From a bacterium (GTDB taxonomy: Bacteria > JAMCPX01), in the NCBI GenBank assembly GCA_021787655.1, contig JAJYLM010000001.1, positions 1 through 46,554 on the forward strand: a DNA stretch of 46,554 bases. The letters run 5' to 3'. The notes beneath the pieces were generated by a model that saw only the letters and a list, made by a program, of their open reading frames with translations, searched no databases and was not told the origin of the DNA. Of the stretch, positions 27,419 to 36,261 are shown piece by piece; position 1 is the stretch's first letter; each line of letters begins with the position of its first letter. The translations under genes were made by a program, and so were the position numbers.

Positions 27419-28086
27419 AACCTGAAGAAATCCTTTATCCTGTCCAGGATGGTTGGCCTGCCGCTGTACACAGCCCGCAGTTCCATTTTTTTTGCCTGAC
27501 TCTTGAGAAAAACATTCATCGGTACATTCCATGCAACATCCCTGTCTTTTATATTCCCATTTGCAGAGATCACCTTTGTCGGAAAACTTACCTTGAACTT
27601 TATGCCATAGTTTGCCAGCGACCCTTTCAGGATGTTTTCATAGTTCAACTGTGACTGCGAATGCGTTCCCTGCGGTTTGTTCATGGAATTAATCAATGTA
27701 ATTGTCAATTCCCTGTTGTGTTCAACGGTTGTGATCCGGAATTGCACATTGTTCATCCTCACATCGTTTAGAGAGCGGAACTTCACTGTTCCATCGAGGA
27801 TGTAATACCCTTTGTCCGTCGATGCCTTGACGCTCTTGACAGCAACACCTTCAAGCCCTGCAAATTGGCCGTTGAAATCTTTTACGGTCAACGGAAATTC
27901 AATGCCTGTCTGAACCATGGCGTGGCGCAGACTTTCCGGATCCTTCATGAGCGCATCGGGTATGTAATACGAGAGGTGCATGCTCCCGGAACCATTCAGG
28001 TTGAGCACGATATCTTCTTTCACATTGATGCATCCCGACAGCAGGAGTAAACCTGCAACAACTGAATATTTGAAATATTTCAGCAT
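27415..28086 (-). CDS. lipoprotein of unknown function, first cistron of the nucleotide-sugar operon
   Basis: 223 aa. MLKYFKYSVVAGLLLLSGCIN carries the lipobox LSGC. I recognise no family. It is translationally coupled to rfbA. Confidence 0.6.
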   Translation of the reverse strand: MLKYFKYSVVAGLLLLSGCINVKEDIVLNLNGSGSMHLSYYIPDALMKDPESLRHAMVQTGIEFPLTVKDFNGQFAGLEGVAVKSVKASTDKGYYILDGTVKFRSLNDVRMNNVQFRITTVEHNRELTITLINSMNKPQGTHSQSQLNYENILKGSLANYGIKFKVSFPTKVISANGNIKDRDVAWNVPMNVFLKSQAKKMELRAVYSGRPTILDRIKDFFRL

Positions 28087-28094
28087 GCTTGCCT

Positions 28095-28121
28095 TTTATA
28101 GAAAATCAGGATTCCTGTCAA
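28095..28121 (-). promoter_or_regulatory. sigma-70 promoter candidate for the lipoprotein-rfb-ugd-uxs operon, TTGACA-15-TATAAA
   Basis: The minus strand reads gTTGACAggaatcctgattttcTATAAAaggcaagcATG. Only 8 nt separate the -10 from the start codon. Confidence 0.4.
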
Positions 28122-28240
28122 CCTTACTGCTCTCCGCAACCTTTGGGTGTTTTAACCCACAAATAAATGCTATTTACAATGATTCAATAAACGATGCTAA
28201 CGGGTTAAATATTCAATAACATTAAGTAGTTTCTGATTAT

Positions 28241-28279
28241 AAAAAACTGCAAACAGGGTCGTTATCCCGCCCTGTTTGC
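28241..28279 (-). terminator. rho-independent terminator ending the glyQ-glyS-ppdK operon (bidirectional shape)
   Basis: A perfect 10-bp stem pairs GCAAACAGGG (28249-28258) with CCCTGTTTGC (28270-28279) around an 11-nt loop. It is flanked by A6 on the left (a T-run on the minus strand) and T6 on the right (28281-28286). It begins 15 nt downstream of the ppdK stop. Confidence 0.75.
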
Positions 28280-28293
28280 GTTTTTTCACCCAC

Positions 28294-31062
28294 TTATTTT
28301 TTACGCTTTTGCTTCACCGGTTCAGCACTCAGAGCTGCCTGCGCCGCCGCAAGGCGCGCAACAGGGATTCTGTACGGTGAACAGCTGACGTATGTCAGAC
28401 CGGCAGTGTGGCAGAAGTGTATGGTCTGCGGATCCCCGCCATGCTCGCCGCAGATACCCAGTTTTATGTCAGGCCTTACCTTTTTCCCTTTTTCCACCGC
28501 TAACCTGACCAGAGCGCCGACACCTTTGGTATCAATGGTAGCAAAGGGGTCGAATGATAGTATATTCTGTGGTTTTATCGTTACGTGATAGCCGCATACC
28601 TCGCATATACCGTCCTTGTTCAACCTTCCGCCGCATATCGGGCAATGCTCAGAATATGATCTGTAGAAGCTGATAAACCGTCCTGCGTCATCCCTGGAAA
28701 AACCGTAGGTTGTCTGCGTCAGGTCGTTTGTTCCAAAAGAGAAAAATTCTGCCTCCTGTGCAATTTCATCGGCAGTGACTGCAGCCCGTGGCAGTTCTAT
28801 CATCGTTCCAACCATGAATTTGATCTTCTTGTTCTTCTGCTTCATGACCTCGTTGGCCGTTTCAAGAACAATCGCCTTTTGTGCGTGCATCTCTTCCACC
28901 ATACTGATGACGGGAAGCATGATTTCGGGATAAACCTTGACTCCCTGTCCCATCAGTTCACAGGCAGCTTCAATGATTGCCCTGACCTGCATCCTCGTAA
29001 TGTCCGGCATGATGATGCCGAGGCGCGCTCCCCGAAGTCCGAGCATCGGATTGAATTCATGGAGTTCTTCAACGCGGGCAAGCAATGTCTTCTTCTCGGC
29101 TAAAACTGCAGGGGATCCTCCCTGAAGTTCCAGCTTCGCTATCTCGACCATCAATTCCTCACGCTTTGGCAGAAATTCATGGAGCGGGGGATCCAGCAGA
29201 CGTATGGTAACAGGAAGGCCCTGCATTTCTTTCAAGATCCCGACAAAATCCTTACGTTGCATGACCAGAAGCATATCGAGGAACTTGAGTCTCTCTTCCC
29301 TCGTTTCTGCAAGGATCATTTTCTGCATAATACCGATCCTGTCTTCTGCAAAAAACATGTGCTCTGTCCTGCACAGTCCGACGCCCTGGGCTCCGAATGA
29401 CCGGGCCCTGCTTGCGTCCCTCGGTGTATCCGCATTCGCCCGTACCCCGAGACTTCTGATGTTGTCTGCCCAGGTCATAATCGTCTTGAAATCTCCGGTA
29501 AGGTCCGGATCAACAAACGGGACCTGCCCGATAATGACCTCTCCGGTAGTTCCATTGATCGAGATGTAATCCCCTTCTTTCAGCAATTTATCGCCGACCT
29601 TCACGGCATGAGTTTTCTCGTCTATCTCCAGCACCTCGCACCCGACGATGGCCGGTTTTCCATACTGTCGGGCAACAACCGCGGCATGCGACGTCATGCC
29701 TCCCCGCCTGGTCAAGATGCCCTTTGAAGCATCCATACCGTGAATATCATCAGGAGATGTTTCTTCCCTCAGGAGAATGACGGCCTGTCCCTTTTGCGCC
29801 CATTCGACGGCCCTGTTCGCTTCCAGCACGATCATGCCTGAAGCAGCACCGGGTGAGGCGGCAAGCCCTTTTGCAATGACGTCATACTTCACCTTTGTAT
29901 CGAACACGGGGTGGAGGAGCTGTTCAAGTTTGTCAGGTTCAATCCGTGCTATTGCCTTTTCACGGGTGATAAGTTTTTCCTTGACCAGATCGACCGCTAT
30001 CTTTAGTGCCGCCTGGGGGGTCCGTTTTCCGGTCCTCGTCTGCAGCATGTACAGCTTTTCATTTTCGATGGTAAACTCGAAATCCTGAACGTCCCGGTAG
30101 TGCTTCTCAAGGCGTGTCGTGATATCTCTGAGCTGCTTGAAAACAACCGGCATTTCTTTTGCGAGATCCGCTATGGGCTTCGGTGTCCTTATGCCTGCCA
30201 CAACATCCTCTCCCTGGGCATTGGTAAGATACTCGCCGTAAAACATCTTTTCCCCGGTTGCAGGATTCCGGGTAAATCCAACCCCGGTTGCGGACTTATC
30301 ACCGGTGTTGCCGAATACCATGGTCTGAACATTGACCGCAGTACCCAGCGATTCCGGGATGTTGTTCTGCTTTCTGTAGTAGATCGCCCTGTCATTATTC
30401 CATGATTTAAAAACCGCTTCGATCGCCATAAATAATTGCTGGTAGGGATCCTGCGGGAACTCTATCTTCGCTTTTGATTTTATAATGCTCTTGAAATCCT
30501 CCACCACGGATTTCAGGGCTGCAGGGGGGACCGAGGTATCATCCTTGGCATTGAATTTCTTTTTGTATCCTTCAAAGATTTCCTCGAATACCTTTTTTCC
30601 CATATTCAGAACAACATCGCCGAACATGTACATAAACCGTCGGTAGCTGTCATACGCAAATCTCTGATTACCCGTCTTGTCTGCGAGACCCGCGACCGTC
30701 ATGTCGTTAAGGCCGAGGTTGAGGATGGTGTCCATCATGCCGGGCATTGAAAACTTGGCACCGGAACGGACAGATACCAGCAAAGGGTTGTCCTTGTTGC
30801 CAAATCCTTTTCCGGTAACGTTTTCCAGTCTTTTGACCGACTTTTTCACCTCGTCCCGTAAGTCGGAAGGAACCTTCATGCCCTTTTTGAAATATTCAAG
30901 ACACACAGTCGTGGGAATGGTAAAACCCGGCGGAACCGGTATGCCTGCCCGTGTCATTTCAGCAAGTCCTGCTCCTTTACCGCCAAGCAGGTCTTTCATA
31001 TCGCCGGTGCCGTCTGCCTTCCCTTTCGCAAAGAAGTATATCCGCTTTATCTTTTGTGCCAT
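28294..31062 (-). CDS. ppdK: pyruvate, phosphate dikinase
   Basis: 922 aa with GGKGAGLAEM in the ATP-grasp domain. The phospho-His motif is GGMTSHAAVVARQ. The PEP/pyruvate barrel motifs are FFSFGTNDLTQ and CGEHGGDP. It contains an extra CxxC-x9-CxxC segment; see findings. Confidence 0.96.
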   Translation of the reverse strand: MAQKIKRIYFFAKGKADGTGDMKDLLGGKGAGLAEMTRAGIPVPPGFTIPTTVCLEYFKKGMKVPSDLRDEVKKSVKRLENVTGKGFGNKDNPLLVSVRSGAKFSMPGMMDTILNLGLNDMTVAGLADKTGNQRFAYDSYRRFMYMFGDVVLNMGKKVFEEIFEGYKKKFNAKDDTSVPPAALKSVVEDFKSIIKSKAKIEFPQDPYQQLFMAIEAVFKSWNNDRAIYYRKQNNIPESLGTAVNVQTMVFGNTGDKSATGVGFTRNPATGEKMFYGEYLTNAQGEDVVAGIRTPKPIADLAKEMPVVFKQLRDITTRLEKHYRDVQDFEFTIENEKLYMLQTRTGKRTPQAALKIAVDLVKEKLITREKAIARIEPDKLEQLLHPVFDTKVKYDVIAKGLAASPGAASGMIVLEANRAVEWAQKGQAVILLREETSPDDIHGMDASKGILTRRGGMTSHAAVVARQYGKPAIVGCEVLEIDEKTHAVKVGDKLLKEGDYISINGTTGEVIIGQVPFVDPDLTGDFKTIMTWADNIRSLGVRANADTPRDASRARSFGAQGVGLCRTEHMFFAEDRIGIMQKMILAETREERLKFLDMLLVMQRKDFVGILKEMQGLPVTIRLLDPPLHEFLPKREELMVEIAKLELQGGSPAVLAEKKTLLARVEELHEFNPMLGLRGARLGIIMPDITRMQVRAIIEAACELMGQGVKVYPEIMLPVISMVEEMHAQKAIVLETANEVMKQKNKKIKFMVGTMIELPRAAVTADEIAQEAEFFSFGTNDLTQTTYGFSRDDAGRFISFYRSYSEHCPICGGRLNKDGICEVCGYHVTIKPQNILSFDPFATIDTKGVGALVRLAVEKGKKVRPDIKLGICGEHGGDPQTIHFCHTAGLTYVSCSPYRIPVARLAAAQAALSAEPVKQKRKK

Positions 31063-31070
31063 AAAACCCC

Positions 31071-33188
31071 CTATGTCAGTTTGGTAATATCTAAAACCTG
31101 CATAACAAGATTTTTAATCTTTGCAAGCAGATTTAATCTGTTGGTCTTTACACTCTCGTCATCACTCATAACGAGCACCTTGTCGAAAAAGATGTTAATC
31201 TCAGGGACCAGTTTCTCAAGTGCCTGTATATATCCTATATAATTTCTTGTTGCAAGAGATGATTGGACATCAGCATGTATTGCTATGTATTTGTCATATA
31301 AAGCTTTTTCAGACGGCTCGAGGAGTAGATCCTGCTTAACGTCATCCGGAACATGCCCCTTGGATATATTCATAACCCGTTTGAAGGCAAGCATGATTGG
31401 TTCAAAGTCCGGTTTGAAAACGATGTCCTTCAAGGCAGCTATCCGTAGATCTGCTTCAAGGATATCTTCCGGCCCGGTTGCAATAACGGCATCAATAATC
31501 TTGCTGCTTGTTGCATAACGATCCGACAGAATTCCTTTGAACCTGCCGTAAACAAACGACATGACCAATTTTAGAACAGATTCTTTGTCCGGCGCCCGAC
31601 GTTCCGCATGGGGCAAAGGGGCATTTCCGTGCTGAGAGGAAAAATCATAGAGATCAAAGCTGGTTTGGACAAGTGTTGTTATATTTATCTTTAGTGAATG
31701 CTTCAGCAGAGCATTGATGATTCCGATGACAGCCCGCCGCAGTCCATACGGGTCCTGTGTACCTGTCGGAACCTCGCCGATACTGAAAAAGCCGACGAGC
31801 GAGTCAATCTTGTCCGCAATATAAACGAGAGAGCCGGGAATTGAAGCAGGCTGGGAATACTGTTCGGCAATTACCAGTGCCGTTGTTGTATCTGAAGGAT
31901 CTTTAACGAGTATATACCGATGTCCTATGATCCCCTGCAACTCGGGAAATTCAGATACAAGCCGTGTTGCAAGGTCTGCCTTACACAGCCTCGCAGCGTG
32001 AAGGGTTGCTATCTTCAAAGCCTCGTCGACCTTAATCCCGTCGCAGAGATAGGATGCAATATTGACAATACGCTGTGTCTTGTCATAGAGGCTTCCAAGC
32101 TTCGGATAAAACGTCATGCCCTTGAGCAATTCGACGTAATATTCGAGCGGCTGTTTTATGTCTTCACGGTAATAAAACTCAGCGTCCTCAAGCCGGGCGT
32201 TCAGCACACGTTCGTACCCCTTCTTGATTACCGCTTTTTTTCCAGAGGGATTGTTGCTGATGCCAATGAAATAGGGCATCAGTGCGCGCCTGTTATCTAT
32301 GACAGGGATGTACTTCTGATGGGTCTTCATAACGCTCATGATTACCTCTTCAGGCAGGTTCATGAATCGTTTGTCAAAGCTGCCCAAAACAGCAACTGGC
32401 GATTCTACGAGACGGGTGATGGTATCGAGCAACGCATTGTCCGGTTGAGCCTGTCCTTTTACCCTTTGCGCCATTTTTCCTGTCTGATTCATGATGCTGT
32501 TCTTTCGTGCCGCAACATCGGGCAGGACCTTTTCCTTTTGCATGACTTTCAACCACGACTCAACACCGGCGACTCTAATCCTTTTTCCACTGCCGGTCCT
32601 TAGTCCATACGTATACGATGATGTTTTAACATCGCCAAGAGTAAGAGGAACGACCTTGCCCCCGTACAGAACAACCAGCCATCGTAGTGGCCGGATAAAT
32701 CTTATTGAAGTGCTTGAATTGTCAGAACTCTTTACCCTGTCTCCCCATTTCATGGATTTCCTGAATGGGGACGACAAGATTATGTTTCTCAGATGTTCTT
32801 GTATCAGCTTTTTTGCCTGTACGCCGGGCTTTTTGATTTCAACCTGGACAAACTCTCCTTTATCCAGCCTGACAACCTGGAGTGACCCGACGTTCACACC
32901 TTTTGAACGTGCAAAACCGATCGCGGCCTGGGTCGGATTGCCGTCTTTGTCAAAGGCCGCATCTCTTCGTGGACCTGTATAGGTTGTTTTACTCGGCTCA
33001 CCCTTATCAGAAACTCCGTTCACAGATAAAACCAACCGCCGCGGCGTAAAAAATGTTTTCACCTCGTTGAAGGTTATACGCTCTGATTCGAATAATTGTT
33101 TGATACTGTTTGACAGATATTCCATCGCAGGAGTGATCTCTGCAACAGGTATCTCTTCAACACCGATTTCTATAAACAATTCCGGCAT
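31071..33188 (-). CDS. glyS: glycine--tRNA ligase beta subunit
   Basis: 705 aa. MPELFIEIGVEEIP is the typical GlyS N-terminus. It follows glyQ. Confidence 0.95.
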   Translation of the reverse strand: MPELFIEIGVEEIPVAEITPAMEYLSNSIKQLFESERITFNEVKTFFTPRRLVLSVNGVSDKGEPSKTTYTGPRRDAAFDKDGNPTQAAIGFARSKGVNVGSLQVVRLDKGEFVQVEIKKPGVQAKKLIQEHLRNIILSSPFRKSMKWGDRVKSSDNSSTSIRFIRPLRWLVVLYGGKVVPLTLGDVKTSSYTYGLRTGSGKRIRVAGVESWLKVMQKEKVLPDVAARKNSIMNQTGKMAQRVKGQAQPDNALLDTITRLVESPVAVLGSFDKRFMNLPEEVIMSVMKTHQKYIPVIDNRRALMPYFIGISNNPSGKKAVIKKGYERVLNARLEDAEFYYREDIKQPLEYYVELLKGMTFYPKLGSLYDKTQRIVNIASYLCDGIKVDEALKIATLHAARLCKADLATRLVSEFPELQGIIGHRYILVKDPSDTTTALVIAEQYSQPASIPGSLVYIADKIDSLVGFFSIGEVPTGTQDPYGLRRAVIGIINALLKHSLKINITTLVQTSFDLYDFSSQHGNAPLPHAERRAPDKESVLKLVMSFVYGRFKGILSDRYATSSKIIDAVIATGPEDILEADLRIAALKDIVFKPDFEPIMLAFKRVMNISKGHVPDDVKQDLLLEPSEKALYDKYIAIHADVQSSLATRNYIGYIQALEKLVPEINIFFDKVLVMSDDESVKTNRLNLLAKIKNLVMQVLDITKLT

Positions 33189-33231
33189 AGTATTGTTCTA
33201 CTCTTGAATACTGAACTTGAATTTCGGCATC

Positions 33232-34089
33232 TTAACCATTGATTTTTGTATATTGAATTTCTGCGTACGCCTGCGCAACACCCTTTGCCATGGCCCGTAC
33301 CCTGCCGATGTATCGTGCCCGTTCGGCAACCGATATTGCACGTCGGGCATCGAGCAGGTTGAAGAGGTGGGAACATTTGAGGGTGCAGTCATAGGCCGGC
33401 AGAAACAGGCCTTCACCGGTCAGACGCAGGGATTCCTTTTCGTATTCATTGAAGAGGAGAAACAGCCTGTTGATGTCCGCCGATTCAAAGTTATACACGG
33501 ACTGCTGCCGTTCGTTCTCCTTGAACAGGCGGCCATAGGTGACCCTGTCATTCCACTTCAGGTCAAACACATTCTCGACCCCCTGGAGGTACATGGAGAT
33601 GCGTTCTATTCCATAGGTAATTTCCACGGGTGTTGACACAAGATCAAGCCCCCCCGCCTGCTGGAAATACGTAAACTGGGTGATCTCCATACCATCGAGC
33701 CACACCTCCCAGCCGAGCCCCCACGCACCGAGCGTCGGTGATTCCCAGTCGTCCTCGACAAACCGGACATCGTGATCCCGTACCTTGATACCGAGTGCAC
33801 CGAGGCTTTTGAGGTAGGTGTCCTGGATATCCGGCGGAGACGGTTTCATAATAACCTGGTACTGAAAATACCGCTGAAGCCTGTTCGGATTCTCACCATA
33901 ACGGCCATCTGTCGGCCGCCGCGATGGCTGAACGTATGCAGCAGCCCACGGTGACGGGTCCAGCACCCTCAGAAAGGTAGAAGGATGAAACGTACCGGCA
34001 CCAACCTCAACGTCATACGGTTGATCGACGACACATCCGTTCTTTGACCAGAATTTGTTCAATGTGAAGATAACATCCTGGATATTCAT
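33232..34089 (-). CDS. glyQ: glycine--tRNA ligase alpha subunit
   Basis: [21 protein letters not shown] is the GlyQ signature. I chose the ATG at 34089 ([14 protein letters not shown]...) because it matches the usual GlyQ N-terminus. The track start at 34110 adds 7 aa and remains possible. Confidence 0.93.
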   Translation of the reverse strand: MNIQDVIFTLNKFWSKNGCVVDQPYDVEVGAGTFHPSTFLRVLDPSPWAAAYVQPSRRPTDGRYGENPNRLQRYFQYQVIMKPSPPDIQDTYLKSLGALGIKVRDHDVRFVEDDWESPTLGAWGLGWEVWLDGMEITQFTYFQQAGGLDLVSTPVEITYGIERISMYLQGVENVFDLKWNDRVTYGRLFKENERQQSVYNFESADINRLFLLFNEYEKESLRLTGEGLFLPAYDCTLKCSHLFNLLDARRAISVAERARYIGRVRAMAKGVAQAYAEIQYTKING

Positions 34090-34108
34090 AAGCCAGCCTA
34101 AGGCGGAC

Positions 34109-34138
34109 ATGGTATCCAGAAACCATGGTGTTTGTCAA
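34109..34138 (-). promoter_or_regulatory. sigma-70 promoter candidate for glyQ, TTGACA-18-TACCAT
   Basis: On the minus strand, TTGACA is the complement of 34133-34138. An 18-nt spacer follows, then TACCAT (complement of 34109-34114). This fits the ATG at 34089 as the true glyQ start. Confidence 0.35.
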
Positions 34139-34254
34139 CACAGTCATAAAATCCACCTGTTCCCGGCCGCCCCACCATATTCACCGTACCCGATTGACGG
34201 CCGGGGTTATTTTTGAACGGCTTGAACTCCGCCAAAAAGCGTTTTTTAAAACAG

Positions 34255-34283
34255 TTGAAATTGCCGGATTTCTAACCTATCTT
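34255..34283 (+). promoter_or_regulatory. sigma-70 promoter candidate for the hpf-PTS operon, TTGAAA-17-TATCTT
   Basis: TTGAAA is at 34255-34260, followed by a 17-nt spacer and TATCTT at 34278-34283. This leaves a leader of about 30 nt containing AGGAGG before the hpf ATG. Confidence 0.45.
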
Positions 34284-34319
34284 ATACAGAGAACCAAATT
34301 TCATTACAGGAGGAACGCT

Positions 34320-34862
34320 ATGAACATTCAGGTAACCTTCAGACACATCCCCCCATCAGGTGCACTGAAACAATATGCAGAGGAAAAAATCACCAAACTT
34401 ATAAAGTCACTGAAAGAACCTATCGAGGTTCATATCATTTTTACGCAGGAAAAAAAGAACAATACCGTGGAACTCACCCTGAAATCTGCGGGCAAGGAAT
34501 TGTATGCAAAAGAGCGCGGCTTAGACATGTATGCCGCTATCGATCTTATCTATGATAAACTGGACAAGCAGATCACGAAGCTCAAGGAAAAGAAGAAAAA
34601 ACATACGGGAGTAGCCTCCATGAAGCACCTTCCCCAGACCGAGTCCGCAGAGGAAGATCAGGACAACGACGAGGTCATGGTGATCCCGGAAAAGGACTAC
34701 TTCGTACGTCCCATGACCACGGAGGAGGCAGTACTCCAGCTCGACATATCGGAGACGCCGTTCCTTGTTTACCTCGATGCCGGTGCCGAAAAGGTGAACG
34801 TGGTATTCAGGAGAGACGACGGACATTTCGGACTCATTGAAACAGGTGCACGCTACAAATAG
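34320..34862 (+). CDS. hpf: ribosome hibernation promoting factor, long form
   Basis: The ATG at 34320 lies after AGGAGG. MNIQVTFRHI.....LK.YAEEKI.KL is the S30AE/HPF N-domain. An acidic linker and a C-terminal dimerisation domain (KPMT.EEA..QLD....FLVY) follow. Confidence 0.9.
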   Translation: MNIQVTFRHIPPSGALKQYAEEKITKLIKSLKEPIEVHIIFTQEKKNNTVELTLKSAGKELYAKERGLDMYAAIDLIYDKLDKQITKLKEKKKKHTGVASMKHLPQTESAEEDQDNDEVMVIPEKDYFVRPMTTEEAVLQLDISETPFLVYLDAGAEKVNVVFRRDDGHFGLIETGARYK

Positions 34863-35391
34863 CACGACAGGTTCAGACCGCATACACGGTGTACTGGTGT
34901 CGGTAAAACGGGTAGGCGTTCTTCTCATAGGCAAAAGCGGCGTCGGAAAAAGCGAGTGTGCTCTTGAGCTTATCCTCCGGCATCACAAAATCGTTGCAGA
35001 CGACCTTGTTGTCGCCACGGTTGAACACGGCCGGCTGTTCGGGAAAAGTGACCCGCTCATCCGGGGGTATATGGAATTGCACGGACTGGGCGTCATTAAC
35101 GTACAGTCACATTTTGGAAAACGAGCCCTGTGCCCGAAAAAGCGCATCGATATGGTCATAGATTTCATCGAGTGGGACAAATCGAGCCATGCACGGGGGT
35201 TCCTGAAACCCTACACATACCCGATCCTGGGGAAAAAACTGCCTCTCGTCAAGCTGCCGGTCCGGCCGGCACGGAACATTGCGTCACTCGTCGAAGTTGC
35301 GGTTACGAACTTCCTCTTGAAAAAACGCGGACGGGACGGGGCAGAAGAGCTCGAACGCAGGATCGCAGAAAGGATCGCTGCCCGTGGATAG
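34837..35391 (+). CDS. hprK: HPr kinase/phosphorylase, short form (catalytic C-terminal domain only)
   Basis: HGVLVSV.RVGVLLIGKSGVGKSECALELI.R.HKIVADD and ELHGLGVINV are the HprK P-loop and signature. The start is uncertain: TTG at 34837 overlaps the hpf end. The ORF cannot be longer than 184 aa. Confidence 0.85.
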   Translation: MKQVHATNSTTGSDRIHGVLVSVKRVGVLLIGKSGVGKSECALELILRHHKIVADDLVVATVEHGRLFGKSDPLIRGYMELHGLGVINVQSHFGKRALCPKKRIDMVIDFIEWDKSSHARGFLKPYTYPILGKKLPLVKLPVRPARNIASLVEVAVTNFLLKKRGRDGAEELERRIAERIAARG

Positions 35392-36259
35392 CAGGTACCC
35401 CCTGAATATCGTCATCGTCACCGGTATGTCCGGATCGGGCAAAACGACCGCCATGGCAATGCTCGAGGACATGGGTTTTTTCTGCATGGATAATATTCCC
35501 CTGCAGCTGATACCGAAGTTCATCGATCTTATTGCGGATTCGAAGGAAGACATCCGGAACATTGCCTTTTCCATTGACGTGCGGGGACGGGGATTTTTTG
35601 CAGACCTGTCACATCAGCTGCAGGCGCTCAGATCAACGAACAACACAGTCACCATCATCTTTCTCGATTCAAACGACGGTGTGCTCCTGAAACGCTACAG
35701 CGAAACGAGGAGGAAACATCCACTGGCACAGGACATGCCGATCGAGAAAGGCTTTATCCTCGAACGGAAATATCTTGAAGAAATCAAGAGCCAGGCAGAC
35801 CACATCATAGACACGTCATCCTACACGGTCCACGACCTGAAAAAAGAACTCAAGCTGTTCATTCAGCAGTCGTCAAAAACGAAATCCATGACGATCATAC
35901 TGCAATCGTTCGGGTACCGGTTCGGTATTCCGGCCGACACGGATATTGTTTTTGACGTCCGCTTTCTCCGGAACCCGTACTTTGTACCGGAATTAAAAAA
36001 TATGACAGGTCTTGACAAAGCCGTGATTGAGTATGTTAAGAAGAGTGAGATTACCATGAAGTTCCTCGGTATTTTACGGAACATGATCGAGTTCACCATA
36101 CCTCTCTATGACGCAGAGGGTAAGAGCTACCTTACCCTGTCATTCGGCTGTACCGGGGGCAGGCACAGGTCCGTAACAATCGTCGAAGAGGTCAAAGAGA
36201 TGATCACCGGACTTGGCTATACGCCGGTCATAAAACACAGAGACATTGAAAAGGAGTAA
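35384..36259 (+). CDS. rapZ: RNase adapter protein RapZ (YhbJ-type P-loop protein)
   Basis: 291 aa with IVIVTGMSGSGKTTA and the C-terminal motif GCTGG.HRSV. Confidence 0.92.
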   Translation: MDSRYPLNIVIVTGMSGSGKTTAMAMLEDMGFFCMDNIPLQLIPKFIDLIADSKEDIRNIAFSIDVRGRGFFADLSHQLQALRSTNNTVTIIFLDSNDGVLLKRYSETRRKHPLAQDMPIEKGFILERKYLEEIKSQADHIIDTSSYTVHDLKKELKLFIQQSSKTKSMTIILQSFGYRFGIPADTDIVFDVRFLRNPYFVPELKNMTGLDKAVIEYVKKSEITMKFLGILRNMIEFTIPLYDAEGKSYLTLSFGCTGGRHRSVTIVEEVKEMITGLGYTPVIKHRDIEKE

Positions 36260-36261
36260 CA

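Noticed and set aside
34090-34319. T-box riboswitch upstream of glyQS
   Set aside because: A candidate promoter (TTGACA-18-TACCAT) leaves a leader of only about 13 nt before the preferred start at 34089. The segment GGTGGGGCGGCC only loosely resembles the T-box consensus GGGTGGTACCGCG. No terminator/antiterminator pair with a U-run precedes the gene. An 8-bp GC-rich inverted repeat (CCCGGCCG at 34162-34169 with CGGCCGGG at 34198-34205, separated by 28 nt) is present, but it has no T-box features.
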